A stretch of 63,653 nt of DNA, filler included. It is 6 parts of 6 records of this genome, joined end to end, with 100 filler letters (N's around TTAATTAATTAA, not from the genome) between each part and the next. Parts side by side here need not be neighbours in the genome. Positions count along the whole stretch, not along the records: positions 1 to 14,737 come from SRR31147125_13348; positions 14,838 to 21,626 come from SRR31147125_13356; 4 more parts are not named here. One strand, written 5' to 3'. Shown here in pieces: positions 10,628 through 21,408 of the stretch (the first letter of the stretch is position 1; each line of letters starts with the position of its first letter). The position numbers and the translations under genes were made by a program. The notes under the pieces were generated by a model, which was given only the letters and a program-made list of their open reading frames with translations, was not told the DNA's origin and did no database searches.

Positions 10628-11692
10628 TTACCCGGTGGGCAGGGTGAGAATCGGAGCAGGTGCCTGGGAACCGCTTTCGGCCAGACTGAACAAAAAGAGC
10701 AGGAACGAGAACACCCGTTTCGAGCGGAAATCGGTGTCCTCGATATAGAACCAGAGGTCGCGATAATAGACGGAAAGAAACGCGTCCGAAGGTTGGTCGA
10801 CCCCACTCCTGATCATAACCCTCGATCTCATTTCTTCGGATGTTCCCGGCGCATCGGTGATACCTGGAGATGCCCGGTTTTCTTCCACGTGTTTCCGTGG
10901 GATTTCAACATACTGGGAGAGTTCGGAGAAAACATCGAGCATTGACCTGGTCAGCATTGCGATCTCCGCACCGGAGCCTGCCGATGAGCCGAAAACTAGC
11001 TTGAACTCCCGCTTGTCAGGATCCAGCCCCAGAAGCTTATCGACAGCCGAGACGTGCTGTTCGGTCTGGTTATCCAGACTCTTTCTGAAATAGATGATCG
11101 AGTGGGTGCCACCCCGTTCGATCAGGCGGCCCCCAAGCCCTCCTGCATGCTGGATCGCGGACAGGTGCGCGAGCAACTGGTCGAACTCTTTGTCTGCGCT
11201 GCGCCTCGCCATCCGTTTTCCACTGTTGTTGTGCAGATCGTTAATTGCCGTGAGGCAGATACGGAGGATGAAATCGGCATTCCAGCCGGACTGAATAAGC
11301 ATGAACAGGGCGTGCGGGGGGATCGGCGTCAGCAGACTTTTGTAAAAACGGTCTCCCATCAACGGAGTATATGTGATGGTCGGTTTGTCTGAGTATTTTC
11401 CCGATCCACCGAGGGTCAGCCCGTCTCCGACCAGATCGCCGGAACGAAGTAACGCTTCAGCCTCGAGTTGCCGCTCAAGGGTATACTGATTGACGATCGA
11501 GCCGACCTCCATAAATATCGGGGTGTCGCCATAGCGCAGTTTGACGATGTTGAGCAGCATCATCTCCTTCCACGATTCGGCGACCGCACCTGAATATTCG
11601 AACCGGTCTCGCTCGATACTTGATGGTCCGATAGTCGTGCAGCCAGAGAACAACAGCAGGCATATCAGGCCCAATGCATGGAATCTATTCAT
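10628..11692 (-). CDS. Conserved hypothetical lipoprotein
   Basis: Lipobox LFSGC; MLLNIVKLRYGDTP, PTITYTPL, WFYIEDTDFRSK. Confidence 0.7.
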   Translation of the reverse strand: MNRFHALGLICLLLFSGCTTIGPSSIERDRFEYSGAVAESWKEMMLLNIVKLRYGDTPIFMEVGSIVNQYTLERQLEAEALLRSGDLVGDGLTLGGSGKYSDKPTITYTPLMGDRFYKSLLTPIPPHALFMLIQSGWNADFILRICLTAINDLHNNSGKRMARRSADKEFDQLLAHLSAIQHAGGLGGRLIERGGTHSIIYFRKSLDNQTEQHVSAVDKLLGLDPDKREFKLVFGSSAGSGAEIAMLTRSMLDVFSELSQYVEIPRKHVEENRASPGITDAPGTSEEMRSRVMIRSGVDQPSDAFLSVYYRDLWFYIEDTDFRSKRVFSFLLFLFSLAESGSQAPAPILTLPTG

Positions 11693-12062
11693 GAAACACC
11701 TACCGTATCACGCCGAAACCTTTTTTAAAGTGGTCCCCGGAGACCGTTCACCCGATATGGAGTATACTTCAGATAAAAGGACGAGCGCAATGATAAGTTA
11801 CGGATTCTACATTGCATTTCGATTCTCGATGATCTACTTTGAGACTGTAGGTAACTGTCAGGTCGCTCGGGGACAGTGGTGATCAGCAGCAGAGTGATGG
11901 AGGTTTCGGCGTGGTTGCCGACCTGTGTTTCGGTTTTATAATCTTCTGATCACCCGTTCTTCAAGGTACCGGTTTGACTGCGGAGAAACAGTCTGATTAT
12001 ATCCAACACCTGAACGTTTCACGGTAACCCAACAAACAGTTCATTTCCTACGGAGAGGAGAT

Positions 12063-14737
12063 ATGAAGCTTTTTCTTAAAATTTTCGGTTTTACGCTGCT
12101 CTTTCTCGTTGGTCTGGTTGCCGTCGTATTGGTCGCGGTCCAGTTTATCAGCGATGATCAATACAGGAAATGGATTACCGGGGCAGCCGAGTCGGCCACC
12201 GGGCGTGAACTGACAATCGACGGTGAACTCGATGTGACACTTGGCACAACGGTCGGGCTGCTTGCCCGCGATGTTCGTTTCGGTAACGCGGAATGGGGGA
12301 GTCGGGACGAGATGGTGAATGTCGAGCGGCTGCTGGTGCAGGTTCCGTTGTTCCCACTGTTCAAGGGGGTGCTTGATGTGACGGTGGAGGTCGACGGCCC
12401 GGACATCCTCCTCGAGACCGACGCTGAGGGAACCGGGAACTGGGTGTTCGGTGAACCGTCTTCCGGGGTAGAAGAAAAAGCTGATGGCAGTGTGGAAGAA
12501 GGTGAAGACACGGCGAGCGGGCTGCCGATCAGGCCGTATATCCGTAATTTCGAGATCAATAATCTCGTCTTTGCATTCAAGGATGAAGCAGGCGGGCAAA
12601 ATATCGACGCGGGCGTGGAAGAGCTCCGCATATTCGTTGACGGTGAGCAGATCCCGCTGACGCTCAAGGCAACGTATCAGGGTGCGCCAATAACGCTGGA
12701 CGGTTCTCTGGGCAATATCGAACAATGGTTTGAAAACCAACAGACTCCACTCGCTCTGAACGGGAAGTTACATGAAGCACTCCTGTCTGTTACCGGAACG
12801 GTCGGGCCGGTATTACCGCAGCCTCGGGCGAAGATCGATATTGGTTTGAGCGCAGACAGTATCAGCACGTTCAGCGATTTTGCCGGAACTGCACTTCCCG
12901 ATCTTGAAGGACTTCAACTTGCGCTGACAACGGTGGCAGTTGATGGCAGGCTGTCAACCGAGAATATCACTATCTCACTGCAGGATCCTCGATTGAACGT
13001 AGAGGTGATCGGGGCGGTGCAGGACCTCACTGATACGGGAACCATAGATTTACAGGTGGCAATCAGCTCCGAATCGGCCAACGAACTCCTTGCCGGGCTC
13101 AATCAACAGATCCCCTATACCCTTCCGTCTGAGGTCGATGTAAATGCCTCGATATACGGAGATTTTTCAGCGATATCGGTAAGTGACCTTGAGCTGAGCA
13201 TCAAAGACGAGGGACTCGACGTGAATCTTGCCGGAGCTCTGGAGAATCTGCTGGCGCCTGAGGGAGGGGAGGTGGTCTTGCAGGTCCTCCTCGATTCAAC
13301 AGGCACGATCGGTCAATACATCAACCAGGAGATTCCATCGTTTGGTCCGTTGTCCGGGACAGCACGGATTTCCTCCGAGGGGACGCGGGTGCAGTTGGAG
13401 TCTCTTGAACTCGATGTATCCGATCCGTTGATAACTGCCAAAATAAACGGATCCGCCTCGGAGATCGGCCGTGATGCCGAGGGTGATTTCGCCGTAAACG
13501 GTATAGCACTGACCGGTGATATCACCTCCGAAAATCTCCAGGGGATTGCGGATACATTTGCAGTGGCACTGCCGGGAGAGTTGCCCGCGTCGTTTTCGCT
13601 TCATGGGGAGGCCGGAGGAAACCTCAGCGAACTCGCTCTGCAGGTGTTGAATGCATCGGTTCTTGACGAGGGTATTGAAGTGCAGGTGTCTGGCAACGTT
13701 GAAAACCTTATCGGTCTCAAAGGGGTTGAGGCCTCTGTTTTCGGAACGGTGGAGGATACGTCGCTGTTTACTAAATTTGCCGGCACGGAGATCCCCAGCC
13801 TTGGTTCCCTGGATCTGCAGGGACAACTCGTTTCAACCCCGGAAAGCTATCGTCTCAACAGCCTGGATGTAAAGCTGGCAGGGGGGCCTGCGGAGGTGAG
13901 CCTGAAAGCGGCTGTTGAAGACCTGCTGAAGCTGACCATGATAGAGGCGGAGCTGGATGTTAATCTCGAGTCGCTCTCAGAACTCTCGGAGCTTGCCCAA
14001 ACGGAGCTCCCCCAAACCGGACCATGGAAGGTTCACCTGGCCGCCAATTCGGATAACCTCCGGGAGAGTCCGCTGGTGCTGGCTGCAGACTTCGGAGGAG
14101 AAGGAATGAATGCCGTGCTGAATGCCAACGTGCCCGACATCTCTGCACCGCAGACGTTCCAGACAGAGTTGAAAGTGGATATGGTCTCGATCGCACAGGT
14201 GCTTGCCATAGCCGGTCGTGAGGTGCCCGAACAGGTTGATACGCCGATGAATATCGCTGTAAAGGCTAAAGGGAAACCTGGTGAATACAACCTCGAGAAT
14301 TTTTCTGTGACGAATGAGGAAAGTGAAATCTCCGGCGATCTGCTCTATCTCGTGCCGCCGGCAGAGGGTGTCGAACGTCCGAGCCTGTCGGGGAAACTTA
14401 CCATCAACAACTTTGATATAAACCCTTTCCTGGAGGCGAAAAGAGAAGCTGAAGAGGAGGTAGTGGCAGAGTCACCGGAGGCAGAGACCCCCGAAACAGA
14501 GGGTACAGACGCACCGGCTGATGCAGACGGCGAACCGAAGAAATTATTCTCAAGTGAGCCTCTGGCTGTCGGAATTCTGCACAATTACGATATCGACTTG
14601 AAAATAGATGCATCCAATGTAATCGTCAGGGACGGGGTGGTGTTGAACGGCGATATTGACGTAATCCTTGATGATGGTTACCTGAGTGTAGACCCACTCC
14701 AGCTTGATGAGAGCAAGGGGGGAACGGGGAAGGGATA
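12063..14737 (+). CDS. AsmA-family (bridge-like lipid transport) protein, 3' truncated
   Basis: N-terminal TM, ATGRELTIDG, DVRFGNAEWG, GNW motif, long beta-rich repeats; runs into the linker. Confidence 0.85.
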
Positions 14738-14837
14738 NNNNNNNNNNNNNNNNNNNNNNNNNNNNNNNNNNNNNNNNNNNNTTAATTAATTAANNNNNNN
14801 NNNNNNNNNNNNNNNNNNNNNNNNNNNNNNNNNNNNN
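14738..14837. other. Artificial contig linker 1
   Basis: N44-TTAATTAATTAA-N44, stops in all six frames. Confidence 0.99.
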
Positions 14838-15251
14838 CAATTAGCCATGGGGGGATTTCTTTTTTGGTTTTAGTCATTTATTTATCCTTTATTAAGCTTT
14901 GACATATATGTATTAGCATACTATGTTTTTGTGAAAAAACGCAACTTGGGGTTTTTGGCACAACGCCCCAAAAGGGAACCCTTTTGACATAAAAAACGGG
15001 AACTGGAATACGTCTTCGTCACTACCGGAACGGCACGAAAATGAAAGTGGAAGGTTTTACAAAAATCCTATGTGCGTTACGTACCTTTATGTAAGATGAC
15101 CCAAAAGTCTGAAAGATGGTAAAAAATATGGAACCGTTCTTGGGGACCATTCCCTTTTTTCGATTTTCACTTCTTCCATTCATATCACTCTCCGAGGCGC
15201 CCCCCAGTGGGATTGGTGCGGCTCGGGTCAGTTTAAGTTTAAAAAAAAATC

Positions 15252-15313
15252 TTTACATGGATGATTTTATATGACTATATACGAATAGTTTTTATACGGA
15301 TATAGTTTTTATA
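15252..15313 (+). promoter_or_regulatory. Putative promoter and WYL-regulator operator
   Basis: TTTACA (15252) with a TATATA-like -10 (~15276); inverted ACTAT/ATAGT and direct ATAGTTTTTATA repeats (15285-15296, 15302-15313). Confidence 0.5.
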
Positions 15314-15337
15314 TTCTTCAAGGGTGCGAAAATAAAA

Positions 15338-16174
15338 ATGAAATGGGGTGTCAGACAAAGGTTAGAGTTCATTGAGTATCGGCTTTTCTGGGAAGGTACG
15401 ATAAACAGGAAAGCTCTGATTGATACTTTCGGGGTTTCTGTTCCTCAAGCATCTGCCGATATCAAGAAATACAAACAGAATGCACCAGGCAATATTTATT
15501 ATGATAAGAGCCTGAAACGGTATCTGGTGACTTCTAAATTTAAACCTGTTTTGGGGCCAATTAATTCTCATAATTATCTGTCCCAGTTATCCCAGTTATC
15601 TGAAGGGGTTATAAAAAAGGATGATACTTTTTTGGGGTTCATTCCACAATATTCAGTGATGCCTTCATTTGAGAGAGCTATTGATCCTAATATTTTAAAG
15701 AAGATAGTAAAGGTGCTCAAGGCTGGGAATTTTATCAATATTCAATATCAGTCAATGAGCAGGCCTGACCCGGTTTGGAGGTGGGTTTCACCACATGCTT
15801 TTGCTTATGACGGGTTCCGTTGGCATATCAGGGCTTATTGTGAGCTTGTAGATGAGTTCCGGGATTTTATTTTAGGCCGGATCTTAGATGTTCAGAATGT
15901 GAAGGTTTCCAAAGTTGATTCTGCAGATGATTATAAGTGGAATCATTTTGTAACATTGAAGATAGCCGCTCATCCAGATTTAACCCCGGGTCAGCGCAAG
16001 ATAATTGAGAAAGAGTACAATATGAGTGATGGCGTTGCTCAAATAAAGGTCAGGGCAGCATTCATATATTATGTATTGCTCCGGTTTAGACTTGAAAATG
16101 AGGATGATACAAGATTTTCAAAAAATAAAAACGCTATATTATTGAATTATGATGAAATTGAAGCGTATATATAA
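15338..16174 (+). CDS. WYL-domain transcriptional regulator, CapW/BrxR-like
   Basis: RLEFIEYRLFWEG.INR, FGVSVPQASADI wHTH; YQSMS, SPHAF..DGFRWHIRAYC, FRDFILGRI; HPDLTPGQRKIIEKEY. Confidence 0.92.
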   Translation: MKWGVRQRLEFIEYRLFWEGTINRKALIDTFGVSVPQASADIKKYKQNAPGNIYYDKSLKRYLVTSKFKPVLGPINSHNYLSQLSQLSEGVIKKDDTFLGFIPQYSVMPSFERAIDPNILKKIVKVLKAGNFINIQYQSMSRPDPVWRWVSPHAFAYDGFRWHIRAYCELVDEFRDFILGRILDVQNVKVSKVDSADDYKWNHFVTLKIAAHPDLTPGQRKIIEKEYNMSDGVAQIKVRAAFIYYVLLRFRLENEDDTRFSKNKNAILLNYDEIEAYI

Positions 16175-16194
16175 CAAATCCAAGAGAATTGACT

Positions 16195-17127
16195 ATGTAT
16201 TTTAATCCAAAAAAAGTTGCGTTTTCCAGGCATGAATCTTTCGTCCTTCGGTTCGGTTGGCTTACAAAGGGATTTCGTGCATTTGAAGAAGACCAAGGTA
16301 TATTCAGCAATAATGATGCAGTCGTGACGTTAGGTGTTGGAAAGAATATGGTAAATTCGATTAGACATTGGCTCCGCGCATCCAAATTAATAAATTTAGA
16401 TACTGAAAAGAAGGAAACCACACCGATTGGAGATGCTATTTTCTCAAAAGAAAAAGGTTGGGACCCTTTTTTAGAGGACGAAGCGACTATTTGGTTGATT
16501 CACTGGTTGATTTCAACAAACCCAGACCATGCAACCGCATGGTATTGGTTTTTCAATAATTTTCATAAGCCTGAATTCACAACCGAAGAAGTGGTTTCTG
16601 CACTTTCTACTTTTGCAAAAGAAAAGATCGAGACCCGGTTTGCCATGGGTTCAATCAAACAGGATGCAGCTGTCTTGTTAAGGTCGTATGTCCAGTCGAA
16701 AAAGAGCAATAAGGCTGCTTATGAAGATGTTCTCGATTCTCCACTTTCGTTATTGAAATTGATTTCATATTCAACTGCAACAAAATCTTATCAATCAAGG
16801 TTGAAAGATCGTGAGAACCTGCCGATAGGTATCTTTGGTTATGCGATTTGTACTTATCTAAAACAGTTGAACCTGTCACAGGTGCCAATTGAAGATTTGA
16901 TTTATTGCAAAGAGGGAAGTGTTGCCCCTGGGCTTGTTTTCCGCCTGACAGAAAATTCTCTCTTAACCAAGTTAGAAAAGTTGATACAGCTATTTCCTGA
17001 AGAGTTTGCAATCGACCAGACAGCAGGGATTCACCAATTTTTTGTATTAAACGAACTTGAAAATCTTGAGCCTTTTGAAATGTTGAAATTTCATTATGGT
17101 TCAGGAAAAAAACACGAGGCAGCATGA
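16195..17127 (+). CDS. DUF4007 family protein (SspB-like)
   Basis: FSRHESFVLRFGWLTKG, LGVGKNMVNSIRHW, DPFLEDEATIWLIHW, PGLVFRL, TAGI. Confidence 0.88.
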   Translation: MYFNPKKVAFSRHESFVLRFGWLTKGFRAFEEDQGIFSNNDAVVTLGVGKNMVNSIRHWLRASKLINLDTEKKETTPIGDAIFSKEKGWDPFLEDEATIWLIHWLISTNPDHATAWYWFFNNFHKPEFTTEEVVSALSTFAKEKIETRFAMGSIKQDAAVLLRSYVQSKKSNKAAYEDVLDSPLSLLKLISYSTATKSYQSRLKDRENLPIGIFGYAICTYLKQLNLSQVPIEDLIYCKEGSVAPGLVFRLTENSLLTKLEKLIQLFPEEFAIDQTAGIHQFFVLNELENLEPFEMLKFHYGSGKKHEAA

Positions 17128-20100
17128 AGCTAACGGATTATATTGATATTGATACGGTTTACACCAGGTCAATAAACATTGAGCGTGATTCAGATTCTGA
17201 TGAGATTGTAAAAGCGTATATCCCGACGAGTCGAGCAGTAAACACGCTGCACCGCATAAACGATACCTTTGACCAGGAAAACACACCAAGGTCATGGGCA
17301 TTGATTGGGCCATACGGTTCTGGCAAATCTTCCTTTGCTGTGTTTCTGTCACACCTCATGAATAATAGTGAAAAATCAGCAACTCAGTCTGCATATGAAG
17401 TGTTAAGCCATATGGATAGTGACCTTTGTGACAGTTTTAAAGATCATATCAAAGATACAAAGGGATATCTGTCAATATTGATTACCGGTGCTCCGGAGCC
17501 TTTAGGTAAGCGGTTCCTTTCAGGGATGTTTGAAGCTGCACAGAAATATTGGAATTCTGTAGGACGCAAACCTTTAATTATCGACAAAATCAAAGACAAA
17601 TTAGACCAGTTAACTTCCACAAGTGCTGAACTCATCGGTTTGCTTGAAGAACTCCAGGAAGCGGTTCAGAAGTCTGGCTCCGGTATCCTGATAATATTTG
17701 ATGAATTCGGAAAATTCTTAGAATATGAAGCAAGGCATTATGGTGCAAATGACATATACCTGCTTCAGCTCCTGTCTGAATTGGCAGTAAAAAAAAATAA
17801 TGCCAATCTGTTTGTGTTCACATTGATGCATCAAGGCTTTGAAGAGTATGCGAAAGGCTTGAGTAAGACACTTAGGAACGAATGGAGTAAGATTCAGGGG
17901 AGATTTGAGACAATTCCTTTCTTAGAATCCACTGAGCAGACCATACATATTCTGAGCAAAGCTTTTATCAACAAGCTGCATAGTGAAGAGCAAAACATCA
18001 TCCACAAAAACTGTGAGAAGATTGCTGCAGTCTTATCAAAAGAAGGTGCCCTACCAGGTTCGTTAGATTCCGGGAAAGCTGCAGATTTGTTTGCAGAATG
18101 TTACCCTCTCCATCCGGTTACGAGCCTTTTGCTCCCAGTCCTCTGTCAAAAGATGGCTCAAAATGAGAGGACTTTGTTCAGTTATCTTGGGAGTCGGGAA
18201 GCATTCGGATTCAAGGATTCCCTGAAAAAGCTTGAATCTACATCAGAGTGGATTCTGCCATGGCAGATATATGAATATTTCATACAAAATCAGCCAGGGG
18301 TAATAACAGATCCGATTGCACATCGCAGGTGGGCAGAGGTTGTAACTGCGGTTGAGAGGTTGGGTGATGCACCGTCAAAAGATATCCAGGTGCTTAAAAC
18401 CATTGGGTTATTAAACATTATCGGTGCACAGGCTGGGTTCAAGGCATCAAAGAAGATCATTGAGTCATGTTCAACAAGTAAAAGAGCTGCAACCATTTCA
18501 ACCAAAGGGCTTGCTGAGAGGTCTGTCATCCAGTTCAGGAAGTTCAGCAATGAATTTCGGGTCTGGCAAGGTAGTGATTTTGATCTGGAACAGGCAGTTC
18601 AGGATGAGCTTGGTCAGGTTGGTCTTTTTGACCTGCCTGAGACTTTAGAAAAATTAAATCCATTGCAGCCGGTTGTGGCTCACCGCCACACAATTGAAAA
18701 GGTGACTCTCAGGTACTTTGTGCCGATTTTTGTTGATGCAAACAATTACAAAAATCACAAATCTAAAGTTCATCAACAAAGGATTATTTTTTGCCTGACT
18801 GAGAATGTGGATGAAATGGAGGTCGCAAAAAAAGAGGTCTCCTCCTATTTTGAAGAGTTTGACATAATCGTTATCTGCCCGAATGGAGACCAGCTAAGGC
18901 AAGCCGTAGGTGAAGTTCTGGCACTTAAGAGGGTTGAACAAAACAGCCCTGAACTGAACACTGACCCGATAGCAAACAGGGAATTCAAAGACCGACTTTT
19001 TGCAGCAGAAATTTTCCAGGATAATTTGTTATCCGCATTGATTGAGTCTCCGCAATCATCTCAATGGTATTGGAATAAAGAAAAGATTGAACTCAGCAAC
19101 AAGAGGGAATTGCAGCAGCATTTATCAACGATTCTTGATTCTATATATTCAAAATCACCAATCGTAAAGAATGAATTGATTAATAGAGATAAGCCTTCAG
19201 CTCAAGCGGCTGCAGCCCGGAATAAATTAGTTTTTGCAATGCTGCACAATCTTGAAAAAGAAGAATTAGGAATTGAAAAGTTTCCGGCTGAAAAAGGTAT
19301 CTACAAGTCTTTTCTCCGTGCAACTGGATTACACAGGCTTAATGAGGAGAAATGGGAATTAGTGCCGCCAGAAAAGGATAATCAATACAATTTATATCCG
19401 GTTTGGAATTATATTGAAGAATTCTTAGAAACAACACAGAAGACTCCGAAGTCTTTTGCAGAATTGAATGAAGAGTTGCTTGCCCCGCCTTATGGTGTGA
19501 AGGCCGGGGTTTTACCATTACTTTATCTGACGGTGTTTTTATACAAACAAAGTGAGTTGGCTTTTTATGAAAATGGCGTTTACACACCTTATATCACAGA
19601 TCAGCATATTGAGCGATTCATGAAACGCCCTGATTACTTTTCAATCCAGCTGTTAAAGATAAGTGGTATCAGGTCATCCTTATTCAATAGCTATTCTAAA
19701 GTGCTATATGGTGATAACCCTAACAAAGAAATAAGTTTATTAAATATTACCCGCCCCCTTGCAAGGTTTATTGCTGGGTTAGAAGATTACACAAAACAAA
19801 CGAACCGTTTATCTGATTCAAGTCAGAATGCATTGAAAGCATTTAATTTATCAAATTCTCCAGGCGATCTATTATTTAATAGGCTACCAAAAGCCTGTTC
19901 ATTTCATGAGATTGGTCCCGATGAGACTAATAAGAACAAGATTAAAGGTTTTACGAATGCTTTAATCAGCGTCATCAGAGAGCTTAGAGACGCATATAAA
20001 AATATGCTTGCGGAGTTTGCAGAGGTGCTCTCAGATTGTTTATTGCCAGATTATAATGAAAAATTAGAATTATCTGAGTTAAGAGTCAAGATTCGTGCAA

Positions 20101-20615
20101 GATATGAAGGTCTCGAAGAATTTACAGTAGACTCAGCGGGCTTAAGGCCTTTTATTGAGCATATAACTGCAAAAAAAGCTGATGATACGATCTGGTTTAA
20201 CAGGCTCTTATTATTTCTTGGCAAGAAAGCTCCAAACAAATGGACTGACATCGAAAGGGATAATGCAGTCTTAAGGTTAACTGAATATTCTAATCGGCTC
20301 ATTGATTTAAGGATCATACAAGGTCACTACATCAAGAATAAAGCTAAATTCCAGGATTCTTTTGAAATCATCCGTGTAAAGTCAATGCGTTTTGGTAAAA
20401 GTGATAATGAAGAAGTTATTACAATAGACCCTTCTGAAAGAGAGTATATTGATAAGCAAAAGGGGAAGTTCTATTCTTTTCTGGAAGATGTGAGCGATAA
20501 ATCATGCATTGCAATTCTGGCTGATATTCTTGATGAATACATGACTGCAAAAAAGAAAAAAAGTGGCAAGCAAGATAATAGCGACAGCCAAGATAGTGAG
20601 GTGTCAAATGGCTAA
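17124..20615 (+). CDS. Large P-loop ATPase (SspC/BrxC-related)
   Basis: RSINIERD, Walker A GPYGSGKS, Walker B ILIIFDEFGKFLE, EWSKIQGRF, YPLHP, QNERTLFSYL, PPYGVKAG; overlaps the upstream stop (ATGA). Confidence 0.88.
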   Translation: MKLTDYIDIDTVYTRSINIERDSDSDEIVKAYIPTSRAVNTLHRINDTFDQENTPRSWALIGPYGSGKSSFAVFLSHLMNNSEKSATQSAYEVLSHMDSDLCDSFKDHIKDTKGYLSILITGAPEPLGKRFLSGMFEAAQKYWNSVGRKPLIIDKIKDKLDQLTSTSAELIGLLEELQEAVQKSGSGILIIFDEFGKFLEYEARHYGANDIYLLQLLSELAVKKNNANLFVFTLMHQGFEEYAKGLSKTLRNEWSKIQGRFETIPFLESTEQTIHILSKAFINKLHSEEQNIIHKNCEKIAAVLSKEGALPGSLDSGKAADLFAECYPLHPVTSLLLPVLCQKMAQNERTLFSYLGSREAFGFKDSLKKLESTSEWILPWQIYEYFIQNQPGVITDPIAHRRWAEVVTAVERLGDAPSKDIQVLKTIGLLNIIGAQAGFKASKKIIESCSTSKRAATISTKGLAERSVIQFRKFSNEFRVWQGSDFDLEQAVQDELGQVGLFDLPETLEKLNPLQPVVAHRHTIEKVTLRYFVPIFVDANNYKNHKSKVHQQRIIFCLTENVDEMEVAKKEVSSYFEEFDIIVICPNGDQLRQAVGEVLALKRVEQNSPELNTDPIANREFKDRLFAAEIFQDNLLSALIESPQSSQWYWNKEKIELSNKRELQQHLSTILDSIYSKSPIVKNELINRDKPSAQAAAARNKLVFAMLHNLEKEELGIEKFPAEKGIYKSFLRATGLHRLNEEKWELVPPEKDNQYNLYPVWNYIEEFLETTQKTPKSFAELNEELLAPPYGVKAGVLPLLYLTVFLYKQSELAFYENGVYTPYITDQHIERFMKRPDYFSIQLLKISGIRSSLFNSYSKVLYGDNPNKEISLLNITRPLARFIAGLEDYTKQTNRLSDSSQNALKAFNLSNSPGDLLFNRLPKACSFHEIGPDETNKNKIKGFTNALISVIRELRDAYKNMLAEFAEVLSDCLLPDYNEKLELSELRVKIRARYEGLEEFTVDSAGLRPFIEHITAKKADDTIWFNRLLLFLGKKAPNKWTDIERDNAVLRLTEYSNRLIDLRIIQGHYIKNKAKFQDSFEIIRVKSMRFGKSDNEEVITIDPSEREYIDKQKGKFYSFLEDVSDKSCIAILADILDEYMTAKKKKSGKQDNSDSQDSEVSNG

Positions 20616-21396
20616 CAAAAATATCCGGCATGTCTGTGGACTTTCTGGTGGTAAAGATAGTGCTGCTTTAGCAATTTATCTTAAAGAGCAAGGATATCCG
20701 GATATGGAATATTATTTCTCTGATACAGGATGTGAACTTCCAGAGACATATGCATTCCTGGACAGGCTTGAGGCTTACCTTGGCGAGAAGATAGTTCGTC
20801 TGGGCAGTCAATCGACATTTGAGCATCATCTTTTCATGAGTGGGGGGATGCTTCCTTCACCCCGGCAAAGATGGTGCACAGTAAAAATGAAGTTGGAGCC
20901 ATTTGAAAAGTTTGCCGGCACCTCAGAAAATGTCAAAAGTTACATTGCTATTCGGGGGGACGAGCACAGAGACGGATATATTAGTTCAAAGCCAAATATA
21001 AAACCTGTTTTTCCATTTGTTCATGATGGGATAGTCCGAAAGGATGTCTTTCAAATATTGGAAGAGACTGTTGGTGTTCCTGAATATTACAAATGGAGGA
21101 GCCGGTCTGGATGTTATTTTTGTTTTTTCCAGCGCAGAGAAGAGTGGCTTGGGCTTTATGATCATCATCCGGATCTTTTCAAAAAAGCTATGGAGCTTGA
21201 AAAGGTTGATGCTAAAGGAAATGGTTATACATGGATTGAAGGCATGACCTTAGAAGAGTTACTGGATAAAAGAGATTCAATCATCGAATACGCCGAAAAT
21301 AGACGTAAAAATGACGACAATAAAACTTGGCAAGAAAAACTTCTTGAGCAGGGTGACGACCCCAACGACCAGGGGTGCCTGATTTGCAGTCTTTAA
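20608..21396 (+). CDS. PAPS-reductase family protein (SspD/DndC-like sulfur transferase)
   Basis: PP-loop SGGKDS, DTG.ELPETY, RWCT, SRSGCYFCFFQ, terminal CLICSL; translationally coupled to the ATPase. Confidence 0.88.
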   Translation: MANKNIRHVCGLSGGKDSAALAIYLKEQGYPDMEYYFSDTGCELPETYAFLDRLEAYLGEKIVRLGSQSTFEHHLFMSGGMLPSPRQRWCTVKMKLEPFEKFAGTSENVKSYIAIRGDEHRDGYISSKPNIKPVFPFVHDGIVRKDVFQILEETVGVPEYYKWRSRSGCYFCFFQRREEWLGLYDHHPDLFKKAMELEKVDAKGNGYTWIEGMTLEELLDKRDSIIEYAENRRKNDDNKTWQEKLLEQGDDPNDQGCLICSL

Positions 21397-21408
21397 ATTT
21401 GGGAGGTT

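Noticed and set aside
126-14613. Many 60-320 aa antisense/overlapping ORFs (e.g. 4364-5335, 6671-7399, 12048-12740)
   Set aside because: They are shadow ORFs of GC-rich genes with no recognisable motifs.
14838-15240. oriT or ncRNA upstream of the WYL gene (GGAAC repeats, CCGAG...CTCGG stem; divergent ORF start at 14877)
   Set aside because: The repeats are short and irregular and cannot support a call without homologues.
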